Below, piece by piece: positions 1-8,079 of a DNA stretch of 62,104 nt. The position numbers were made by a program, and so were the translations under genes. Within the stretch, counting starts at the first letter, position 1, and the number at the start of each line of letters is the position of its first letter. The stretch covers positions 1-62,104 of the forward strand of contig PUMD01000137.1 of assembly GCA_003551215.1 (NCBI GenBank). The letters are read 5' to 3'. The notes beneath the pieces are model-generated. The model was not told the DNA's origin. It saw only the letters and a program-made list of their open reading frames with translations, and made no database searches. Origin of the DNA: Clostridia bacterium (GTDB lineage: Bacteria > Bacillota > Sulfobacillia > SLMV01).

Positions 1-63
1 CGGGACATCTGCACTTCACCTGCGATGAGCTGGTTGACAGAGCTGATTGCTCGCCGAAAGTGA
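1..63 (+). CDS. 3' end of an unidentified ORF entering from upstream of the window (...RDICTSPAMSWLTELIARRK*)
   Basis: Frame +1 is open from base 1 to the TGA at 61-63. Only 20 codons are visible, so no family can be assigned. Confidence 0.2.
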   Translation, partial: RDICTSPAMSWLTELIARRK

Positions 64-715
64 CAGGGCCACGCCAGTATACTGATGAGCGTAATGTGAG
101 CAAACTGGGAAAGTTACAGCACAGACATACAAATAGGCGAGCCCTCCCAGTTCGGCGGTCCAGCCGTCTTAGCCGTAAGGCTTTAGACCTGTGACTTTGC
201 GTCCGCACCTTTCGATGCGTTTGCCTTTGTCGCTTTCAAGCGACTCGCCCCTATTGATCTAGATATTTTTTCATTGTCATTGTACGGTATTGCTGTCAGG
301 TTTACAAGGGGTTTGTGCAAATTAACCAGCCAAAAACAGTTCAAGTTGTCTGAATAGAACACTTTCTATCAGTACAAGCGGCAGTACACTCACCCCAGCC
401 CACACCCAGGACCACTCCAAATCCCTGCTACGTCATCCCCCTATGACGCCCATGAGTAGGGATGGGATGCTCCTGCCCCTCATACCACCGCAAATCGTGT
501 CGCCGACATCGTAAGTCAGAGAGGCTCAATGAAACGACCAACAGGTTGCTGTCTGGGAGCCAGCGAGGAGGTCAGGTCTCATGGTAAAATGATTCCAACC
601 AGCGCAGGAGACTCGCGCACGATCGGCCTTCAGCATTGCAACACATCTGCGAACCAGAACCAGGAGTCACATCACTTCATACGTTCGGAGTCATGTCAGA
701 GGAATCCAAAATTCA

Positions 716-748
716 CCGAGGCGGACCCTGAAGTAGGCTCCGCCTCGG
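716..748 (-). terminator. GC-rich hairpin downstream of the GntR-family gene (possible terminator)
   Basis: 10-bp stem CCGAGGCGGA/TCCGCCTCGG with a 13-nt loop, about 95 nt past the stop at 842. On the minus strand it is followed by GUGAAUUUUGG, a short interrupted U run. Confidence 0.35.
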
Positions 749-841
749 GGGAGGGGGTCTTTCTGAGCTTATGCTCAAAAAGAATTCATGTCATTCAATA
801 CAGCAGCCTGTCCCCAGGCAGCAAAATCAAAGGACCATTTA

Positions 842-1519
842 TCAGGTCTTCACCTTCTGTTTGTGCACATCAAACACTCTGACAACATCGTCGCGCACCC
901 GGTGCAGATGGTCCCGCATGGCGGCCGCCGCAGCGTCCGAATCTCCCTGCTTCATGGCGGTCAAGATTTTCTCATGAGCCTCGGCTACCATTGTCTCTCC
1001 CTCACTGACGATGATCCCCGCCTTCCGCACCTCGTAAAGCAGGTCCGTCACCGCGCTGTAAGGCCGCATCAGCACCCGGTTCTTGGTGGCCCTGATGATC
1101 GCTGCGTGAAAGCTCATGTCTTCTTCCAAAACAACCTCGCCCTCCTGCAGTTTGCTTCTGGTCCTGTCGATAATGTCCTTCATCTCAGCAAGCTCATCCT
1201 CGGTGCAGCGGACTGTCGCCAGCCTTACCGCCTGCACCTCGATCATCTCCCGCACCTCGTGCAGCTCGAGTAAAGTACCTGAATCATAGGTTATCGTCTG
1301 AAGATCCAGCGACCGGTCCACCTTGTCCAGATTTATTGAGCTGACAAAAGTACCCTGTCCCTGCCTCACGGTAATAATGCCGTGACTCTCCAGAACGCGC
1401 AGCGCCTCCCGCAGCGAGTTACGGCTTACGCCAAGACCCCTGGCCAGCCTCCTTTCACTGGGAAGTTTGGCACCGGGAGCGAATTCATTGTCCTTGATGT
1501 ACTGACGCAGCCTGGCCAC
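842..1519 (-). CDS. GntR-family (FadR/FCD-type) transcriptional regulator
   Basis: Winged-helix signature PGAKLPSERRLARGLGVSRNSLREALRVLESHGIITVRQGQGTFV plus a helical C-terminal FCD-like domain. The ORF-track start is GTG 1519. The true start may be CTG 1585, because in-frame upstream codons SSLCQQIV look like the normal first helix and a GGAGAGGG box precedes the CTG. Confidence 0.85.
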   Translation of the reverse strand: MARLRQYIKDNEFAPGAKLPSERRLARGLGVSRNSLREALRVLESHGIITVRQGQGTFVSSINLDKVDRSLDLQTITYDSGTLLELHEVREMIEVQAVRLATVRCTEDELAEMKDIIDRTRSKLQEGEVVLEEDMSFHAAIIRATKNRVLMRPYSAVTDLLYEVRKAGIIVSEGETMVAEAHEKILTAMKQGDSDAAAAAMRDHLHRVRDDVVRVFDVHKQKVKT

Positions 1520-1636
1520 AATCTGCTGACACAGGCTGCTTTTTTGTATGGCACCAAGCCCCGTATCGCGGTTGCTGTCTGCCAGCGGAGATCACCCTCT
1601 CCCTAAAACCCCCGAAAACCGGACCTCAGTAATACT

Positions 1637-3241
1637 TCACGGCCGAGGAACTGCATAGCCGGGAGTCTGATCAGTTGTACATCTGTTTTCCATCACCACT
1701 ACACCATTAATGATAACACATTCTATGCCTGTTGAGGTTCTTTTTGGCTGTTGGTAGCTGGCGCGATCCACTATTTCGTCCGGATCAAACACAACAATAT
1801 CAGCAAACTCATCCACCGCTATCCTTCCCCGGCCGGCCAGGTTGAAGCGGTCCGCAGCGGCCGACGTCATCCTGTGCACCATCTCAGGCAGAGTCATTCC
1901 CCCGTACCGGCGCCGGTAACGGCCAATAAATCTGGGGAAGGTACCGAAAGCTCGCGGGTGCGGATGATCCCCTACGTGGATGCTGTCGCTTCCCACCATG
2001 GCGTACGGCCTGGACAGTATCTGCAGCTGATCGCGCGCCAGCTGATGGCAGGTCTCCTCATCGGGCGGTGCAATCCAGAAGCCAACCGCCAGCTCCTCCT
2101 CAGAAAGCAGGCGACACACCGTCAGCTGTGGAGAAAGACCCCACTGCCGCGCCACCTCCGCCACCGTCATACCAACCAGGCCGCAGTTGCCGGCGGACGG
2201 TACGTTGCTGAGCACCATCTCATCCCAGCTGCCTGCCCTTCCTGGAGCCTCGATCTCCCCGGCCATCTCCCGGCATACTTCGGGGTCCGACAGGCGCTCA
2301 AGGAGCTTCTCGGGACCTCCCTCGTTGGCCCAGGGTGGAAGCAGCATCAAAAGTAGGCTGGCCCCCTGGGGATAGGGATACAGATCCAGGCTCAGATCAA
2401 CCCCATCCTGGTGGGCCTCATCCAGCTGCGCCAGCTTCTCATCGACCTTCCCGGCGGACCGGGGTCCGGTGCGGAAATGGGAAAAGTGCAGCTTCACTCC
2501 GGTCCTGCGGGCCACTTGCAAGGCCTCCTGTACCGGGTCGAATCTCTCTCCCCGGAAGACGGTCCGCAGGTGAATGACAAAGACGGCCCCGTACTCCTGC
2601 ACCACCTCACACAGGTCAACCAGCTCCTGCGTATCGGCCCAAAAATGCGGAAAATAGCTCAGGCCGGTGGAAAAACCCACAGCTCCCGCCTGCAGTCCCT
2701 GCTCGAGCAGACCGAGCGCCCGGTCCAGACGCTTCCCTGTCAGCGGCACATCCTCCATGCCCGCCGCCTCCAGCCGGATGGGTCCGTGCCCTATGAGATG
2801 AGCGGTGTTAACCGCCCCCCGGCGGTGATAAAGCCTCCGGTATTCAGCTACAGACGTCCATTCCCAGGGCAGATCAGGGTCGCCGTTTAAGCCAGCGTTG
2901 TACCGGCGGTACTGCCGCAGATTCTCCGGGGACAGGGGGGCGTAGGATATGCCGTCCTGCCCCAGTATCTCAGCGGTCACCCCCTGGGTGACCTTCTCGC
3001 GGTGAGCAGGTTCAGCCAACAGCGCAAGGTCAGCATGCGAATGCGTATCGATGAAGCCCGGTGTGACCAACGAACCGCGCGCATCGATCACCTCCGCGGC
3101 CTGACTGCAGTCGATGTCCGGCTGCACCCGTACGATCCGGTCCCCGCGCACGGCCACATCAGCCATACGAGGTGCAGCATACTCCGTACCGTCGATCACT
3201 TCTCCTCCTTTAATCAGAACATCAATACTGTGCGGCATCAC
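1637..3241 (-). CDS. N-acyl-D-amino-acid deacylase (D-aminoacylase), amidohydrolase superfamily
   Basis: GFIDTHSHADL metal-binding motif, QGVTAEILGQDGISYAP, 534 aa. N-terminus IKGGEVIDGT...VAVRGDRIVRV is typical of D-aminoacylases. The GTGATG start overlaps the upstream permease stop. Confidence 0.8.
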   Translation of the reverse strand: MMPHSIDVLIKGGEVIDGTEYAAPRMADVAVRGDRIVRVQPDIDCSQAAEVIDARGSLVTPGFIDTHSHADLALLAEPAHREKVTQGVTAEILGQDGISYAPLSPENLRQYRRYNAGLNGDPDLPWEWTSVAEYRRLYHRRGAVNTAHLIGHGPIRLEAAGMEDVPLTGKRLDRALGLLEQGLQAGAVGFSTGLSYFPHFWADTQELVDLCEVVQEYGAVFVIHLRTVFRGERFDPVQEALQVARRTGVKLHFSHFRTGPRSAGKVDEKLAQLDEAHQDGVDLSLDLYPYPQGASLLLMLLPPWANEGGPEKLLERLSDPEVCREMAGEIEAPGRAGSWDEMVLSNVPSAGNCGLVGMTVAEVARQWGLSPQLTVCRLLSEEELAVGFWIAPPDEETCHQLARDQLQILSRPYAMVGSDSIHVGDHPHPRAFGTFPRFIGRYRRRYGGMTLPEMVHRMTSAAADRFNLAGRGRIAVDEFADIVVFDPDEIVDRASYQQPKRTSTGIECVIINGVVVMENRCTTDQTPGYAVPRP

Positions 3242-4092
3242 TGGGCACCTTTCATTCTGGGGTCCAGGATGTCCCTTAGACCGTCACCCAGGAAGTTGAA
3301 ACCCACCACGGTGTACATTATCGCCACACCTGGGAAGATCGAGATGTGCGGAGCCTGCCTCATGTAGTTCCGGCCGCCTTCCAGCATCAGGCCCCAGCTT
3401 GGAGCCGGCGGCTGGGTACCGAATCCCAGATAGGTGATCCCGGCTTCCGCCAGGATGGAGAAGGCCATGATCAGGGAAAACTGCACCAGCAGGGCGGCCA
3501 CCGAATTGGGCAGCACGTGGCGGACTATGATGCGCAGCGGCGACGCCCCCACCGCCCGCGACGCCTCGACGAACTCCTCATCGCGCAGGCTCAGCGCCTC
3601 GCCGCGAATGAGCCGGGCCACCTGCGGTGAGTAGACTATGGCCAGGGCGATGGTCACCGTCCGCAGTCCCGGCCCGATAATCGCGCCTATCAGCAGCGCC
3701 ATCAGAATCGAATGGAAGGTGAAGACGACGTCGGCCAGCCGCATCACCACCGTATCCAGGATCCCGCCGAAGTAACCGCAGGCCAATCCAACCGGCACTC
3801 CGATCACCGAGGCCAACAGCGCCACCGTCAGCGCAGCGCTCAGAGAAATTCTCGCCCCGTACACCACCCGGCTGAAGGCATCGCGTCCGTAGTAATCAGT
3901 GCCCATCAGGTGCTCCCGCGACGGCCCCTCAAAACGCTCCCCGACGTGCATCTCCCGGTAAGTGTAGGGCGCAATAACTGGAGCCAATATTGCCACCAGT
4001 ATGACCGACAGGGTGATCAGGGCCCCGACCGCAGCCTTTTTGTTGCGCTTGACCTTGTAGAATGCATCTCTAACTACATTCATCACATTCAT
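3238..4092 (-). CDS. ABC transporter permease, peptide/nickel type (DppC/OppC-like)
   Basis: Multi-TM protein with the EAA-type loop EEFVEASRAVGASPLRIIVRHVLPN. It sits next to a DppB-like permease in the same operon. Confidence 0.85.
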   Translation of the reverse strand: MNVMNVVRDAFYKVKRNKKAAVGALITLSVILVAILAPVIAPYTYREMHVGERFEGPSREHLMGTDYYGRDAFSRVVYGARISLSAALTVALLASVIGVPVGLACGYFGGILDTVVMRLADVVFTFHSILMALLIGAIIGPGLRTVTIALAIVYSPQVARLIRGEALSLRDEEFVEASRAVGASPLRIIVRHVLPNSVAALLVQFSLIMAFSILAEAGITYLGFGTQPPAPSWGLMLEGGRNYMRQAPHISIFPGVAIMYTVVGFNFLGDGLRDILDPRMKGAQ

Positions 4093-4125
4093 ACTTCCCT
4101 CCCTGTCCGATGATCAACTGCTGCG

Positions 4126-5070
4126 TCAGTTGTAGCGAATCTTCGGGTTAATCACCCCGTAAAGCAGGTCGGTAGCCAGGTTGACCAGCACGAAGAATGT
4201 CGCGAAAATCAGGATCTGTCCCTGAATAAGTGGGTAGTCGCGCGCGGTCAAAGCCTGGATGAGCTGCAGCCCCATCCCCGGGTAGGAAAACACCTGCTCA
4301 ATAATTATGCTGCCTCCGAGCAGGTAACCGATCTGCATCCCCACTATAGTTATGGTCGGGATGAGGGCGTTGCGCAGAGCGTGCCGGTACAGGACTACTC
4401 TCTCGGTCAGGCCTTTGGAACGGGCAACCGTGATGTACTCCTGCCGCAGCACCTCCAGAAGCGAAGAACGCAGGATGCGCACACCCACCGCAGCCAGCCC
4501 GGTACCCAGAGCCAGGGACGGAAGAACGAGGTGATAAAGCACCGTACCTATGCCCTCCCGCAGGGGCGCCCATCCGGAGGTGGGGAACCAACCCAGCATC
4601 ACGCTGAAGATCAGAAGCCCGAGAATACCCTTCCAGAAACCAGGCATTGACAGCGAAACCAGCGCCCCGGCCGACAGGGTGAAGTCCCACCAGGTGTTCT
4701 GTTTAGCAGCTGAAATCACCCCAATGGGTAGGGCCATGACCAGTGCAACCAGGATGGAAGCACCTGCCAGCAGCATGGAACGCGGCAGCCTCTCTGCGAT
4801 CATGCCCGCCACCGGCCTCCTGCGGGAAATTGATTCACCCATATCTCCCCGCAGCATATTCCCCGCCCAGAGCAGATACTGTACCGGCACCGGTTCATCA
4901 AGGTGATACAGGCGGCGCACCTGCTCTATCTGCTCCGGCATAGGATCCATGCCGAACATGGCCTGCACCGGATCCCCCGGTATAAACTGTATGACGCTGA
5001 ACACAATGATGCTGACCAGAATCAGCGTCGGAATCAGGATCAGAATCCGTCGTCCCAGATATGCCCACAT
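4126..5070 (-). CDS. ABC transporter permease, peptide/nickel type (DppB/OppB-like)
   Basis: N-terminus MWAYLGRRILILIPTLILVSIIVF and the loop YITVARSKGLTERVVLYRHALRNALIP are typical of DppB/OppB permeases. Confidence 0.85.
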   Translation of the reverse strand: MWAYLGRRILILIPTLILVSIIVFSVIQFIPGDPVQAMFGMDPMPEQIEQVRRLYHLDEPVPVQYLLWAGNMLRGDMGESISRRRPVAGMIAERLPRSMLLAGASILVALVMALPIGVISAAKQNTWWDFTLSAGALVSLSMPGFWKGILGLLIFSVMLGWFPTSGWAPLREGIGTVLYHLVLPSLALGTGLAAVGVRILRSSLLEVLRQEYITVARSKGLTERVVLYRHALRNALIPTITIVGMQIGYLLGGSIIIEQVFSYPGMGLQLIQALTARDYPLIQGQILIFATFFVLVNLATDLLYGVINPKIRYN

Positions 5071-5121
5071 TTACAACACCCCTAGTCGCATTCAGGTTCG
5101 TTCATCCCACGTGTCGCATCT

Positions 5122-6108
5122 TCAGAGGTCGACCGGCTTAGCCGTTTCGGCAGATTCCAGCATGGCGCAGATTATGCGGGTGTTTGCCAGACCATCGGCG
5201 ATGGTAACCGAGGGCTCGGTCCCGCCGGCGACGCATTGGACGAAATGACGGATGCTCTCCCGGAAGAAATTGCCCGATGCAACTCCGGGCAGAGTCTCCT
5301 CTTTGTGAAATATCTGCACCGCCCGGTTGGTTGTGTGATCCACGTAGGCAACCCCGTCTGTTCCCACCACTTCCGCCTTGAAGTCGCCCAGAGTCGGGAG
5401 GCTGTCCGGCAAAAGCCAGCTGTTCTCCAGCATCGCAACAGCACCGTTTTCAAATTCCAGGGTGGTGAGGAAGAAGTCCGGGGCATCTATTCCCTTGCTC
5501 TGCAGGGTTCCCTCGCGGGATACGCAGGAAACCCGCGCGGGTTCGCTTCCGGCCAGCCACCGCGCCAGGTCCGCCGAGTGGGCCCCCAGAAACCACGCAA
5601 CCGAGGACTGATTGCTCCAGGACAGCATCTCGCTGGGAACGTAGAACGTATTGCTGTGCCGGATGTACATGTGAGCCGGCTCGCCCAGCTCCCCGTTCTG
5701 CAGGGAATCATATACCGAAACGAACATTGGGTTCCATCGGTTGTGAAAATCAACCATGCACAGCACGCCAGCATCCCGCACCGCCTGCTGGATGTCTTCT
5801 GCATCCTTCACTGAAGTGGCCAGCGGTTTTTCGATAATCAGGTGTTTACCCGCCGAAGCAGCATCAACAGCAATATCGCGGTGGGCAAAATCGGGTGTGG
5901 CCACCGCCACCGCATCCAGATTCATCTCGCTCAGCATGCTCTGATGATCAGAGAAGGCCTGTGACTGGTATTGCTCTGCAGCTTCATTCGCCCGCTCGGC
6001 ATCGATGTCGCACACCGCCGCCAGCTGGGCCTGCGGGTGTGAGTCGTAAACATCGCAGTGCACCTGTCCCCAGACACCCAGTCCGACAACTCCCACTTTA
6101 ACCGTCAT
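5122..6108 (-). CDS. Gfo/Idh/MocA-family NAD(P)-dependent oxidoreductase
   Basis: Rossmann N-terminus VKVGVVGLGVWG and the conserved EKP motif (HLIIEKPLA). AAAGGAGAG box upstream of the ATG. Confidence 0.8.
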   Translation of the reverse strand: MTVKVGVVGLGVWGQVHCDVYDSHPQAQLAAVCDIDAERANEAAEQYQSQAFSDHQSMLSEMNLDAVAVATPDFAHRDIAVDAASAGKHLIIEKPLATSVKDAEDIQQAVRDAGVLCMVDFHNRWNPMFVSVYDSLQNGELGEPAHMYIRHSNTFYVPSEMLSWSNQSSVAWFLGAHSADLARWLAGSEPARVSCVSREGTLQSKGIDAPDFFLTTLEFENGAVAMLENSWLLPDSLPTLGDFKAEVVGTDGVAYVDHTTNRAVQIFHKEETLPGVASGNFFRESIRHFVQCVAGGTEPSVTIADGLANTRIICAMLESAETAKPVDL

Positions 6109-6211
6109 AAAAAAGCTCTCCTTTCGATATGCCAGAGCATCGATTCAGCAATCCCCTATGTAACCGCCCCTGCCCACCTGACGGCGGGCAGAGGCGCAGA
6201 CCAGGTTATCG

Positions 6212-7747
6212 TCACTCAGTCAACCAGGCATGCCGGAACTCGTAACGCAGGTTGGGCTTGTATATTATGTCCTGCACCCGGTTGTTTACCGCCATGAAGC
6301 GCGCGGTGCGGAACACATGTATGACCGGTACATCCTCCAGCATGTGCTGGTAATAGTCAATGTACATATCCCTTCGCTCGTCGATGTCATAGGTCCTGCG
6401 CGCACCCTCGAGAAGCTGGTCGACTTCCGGATTGTCATAATTGGTGATGTTGGCCGCGCCTTCGCTGTGGAAGCGGCGGTAGTTAAGGATGTCGGGGTCT
6501 CCCGCACCGGTGTAGCCGCAGATCATTATCCCGAAATCACCCTCTGTCAGCACCTGATCAACAAAGGTAGAGACCTCCATCCTGCGCAGCTCCACATCTA
6601 TGCCCAGGTCGGCCAGCTCCTGCTGCATTACCTCTCCCATTGGACCTTCTATGGGGGTGTCCGGAACCAGCAGGGTGTCATCGAAGTCAATATCCAGGTC
6701 TTCTATGATCTCACGGGCCTTCTCCTCATCCCTATCGAAGGTCAGCTCATCGCTGAACCAGGGAGTCTCCTCTGCCAGAGAAACATCAGCAACGGTACCG
6801 TAGCCGTCAAGCACGGTATCCATGACCCGCTGTTTGTCTATGCCCAGCTGAATGGCCTGCCGCAGCTCCTGGTTATCCCAGGGTTCACGCTCGAGGTTGA
6901 ACGCCAGATAGTAAAAGCCGAGCAGATCACGGCCGATGGTGTCAAAATCGTCGTCGGCCTGAAACCTGGGCACGTCCACCGGCTCAATCCACAGGTGAAC
7001 GTCTGCATCTCCCGCCTCCAGCATACCCACCTGCGAGCTGTACTCGGGCACATACAGAAACTCCAGTTCATCCAGATAGGGAATATCTTCTTTGAAAAAG
7101 TCCTCATGCCGCTCCATGACGATCTTGTGGTCAGTTATCCACTCGACGAACTTGAACGGTCCCGCTCCGACGGGTTCCGTCTCAAAGTCTCCTTCTTCCA
7201 CCGGGTATATGGGAAACTGAGTCAGGTATTCCCACAGCGGGCCGTAGGCCTCCTCCAGATGCAGATAGAAACTGTAATCATCGATGACCTCAACATCCTC
7301 GATGGCCGACAGGTGCTCTGCGAAGGGAGAACCTATCTCCGGGTCCTGCACCCTCTCTACCGACTTCTTTACATCCTCTGCTACCAGCTCGCGGCCGTTG
7401 TGGAATAAGACGTTCTCCTCAATTTCGAAGTATATCTGGGTGTCGTCGACCGCCTCCCAGTCGGTGGCCAGGTAGCCTTCCAGTTCCAGCTCCTCGCTGT
7501 AGGTCAGCAGAGTCACGTGCATGGGCTCGGTGACCGTCGTGGTCAGGCGCGCCAGACTCGTGGTTCCATCCAGATGCGGCGGTTCATCCTCGATCATGAC
7601 TCGCAGCGTTCCACCGTACTTGTCTGGTTCTACATCCTCGTCTGGATCGGGGTCGACGGGCTCCACTTCCTCCGGCGCACAGCCAGCAAAGGCCACTGCT
7701 GCCGCCAGCATCAGCACCAGAATTACAACTGACCATCTCCTAAGCAT
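6212..7747 (-). CDS. ABC transporter substrate-binding lipoprotein, family 5 (peptide/nickel type)
   Basis: Signal peptide with lipobox AFAGC, an acidic linker, and a 511-aa body of family-5 SBP type. GGGAGGG box upstream of the ATG. Confidence 0.85.
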   Translation of the reverse strand: MLRRWSVVILVLMLAAAVAFAGCAPEEVEPVDPDPDEDVEPDKYGGTLRVMIEDEPPHLDGTTSLARLTTTVTEPMHVTLLTYSEELELEGYLATDWEAVDDTQIYFEIEENVLFHNGRELVAEDVKKSVERVQDPEIGSPFAEHLSAIEDVEVIDDYSFYLHLEEAYGPLWEYLTQFPIYPVEEGDFETEPVGAGPFKFVEWITDHKIVMERHEDFFKEDIPYLDELEFLYVPEYSSQVGMLEAGDADVHLWIEPVDVPRFQADDDFDTIGRDLLGFYYLAFNLEREPWDNQELRQAIQLGIDKQRVMDTVLDGYGTVADVSLAEETPWFSDELTFDRDEEKAREIIEDLDIDFDDTLLVPDTPIEGPMGEVMQQELADLGIDVELRRMEVSTFVDQVLTEGDFGIMICGYTGAGDPDILNYRRFHSEGAANITNYDNPEVDQLLEGARRTYDIDERRDMYIDYYQHMLEDVPVIHVFRTARFMAVNNRVQDIIYKPNLRYEFRHAWLTE

Positions 7748-7749
7748 GC

Positions 7750-8043
7750 TTATCTTCCCTCCCTGGGGATAAATGCATCTGAGTACGGTTCTGCTTCAGT
7801 GTTATGGGTTCCTCCGTATACCGGTACTATGAAGGCAACGGTATCCCCCTCGGCAACCTGTCTCTCTGACTCTACGTGGCGACCGTTTACCAGCGCTGCC
7901 AGCCTCATCTCCCCTCTTTGGTCAAAAATAATCCTGCGGGCTTCGGGCCCCAGCTCATCTGCAACCTCACCGGCGATCTGTGAGACCGCCGCCCCCGATG
8001 GAACCCTGACTTTCACTTTTTTCTCGCCCGCCACCAGGGCCAA
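7750..8043 (-). CDS. MoaD/ThiS-family beta-grasp (ubiquitin-like) protein with a C-terminal extension; start uncertain (possibly ATC 8073)
   Basis: Family-typical ...AEGDTVAFIVPVYGG, but the GG is followed by 19 more codons. The N-terminal-strand-like IEVEVQLTGPLA is encoded in frame upstream of the first ATG/GTG/TTG (TTG 8043). Confidence 0.6.
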   Translation of the reverse strand: MALVAGEKKVKVRVPSGAAVSQIAGEVADELGPEARRIIFDQRGEMRLAALVNGRHVESERQVAEGDTVAFIVPVYGGTHNTEAEPYSDAFIPREGR

Positions 8044-8079
8044 CGGCCCGGTGAGCTGTACCTCAACCTCGATATCGCT

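Noticed and set aside
166-188. Hairpin with GUAA tetraloop and internal loop, considered as a group II intron domain V
   Set aside because: It lacks the conserved AGC triad context and the 2-nt bulge geometry. There is no domain VI or recognisable reverse-transcriptase ORF, and the upstream 20-codon fragment is uninformative.
529-882. 117-aa plus-strand ORF with a GAGAGG box upstream
   Set aside because: It has Cys/His/Ser-rich non-protein-like composition. It contains the hairpin proposed as the gntR terminator and overlaps the gntR 3' end. No family was recognised.
6230-7408. 392-aa plus-strand ORF
   Set aside because: It lies entirely antisense to the well-supported family-5 binding-protein gene. 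It has no recognisable motifs and the Arg/Val/His-rich composition typical of shadow ORFs in GC-rich DNA.
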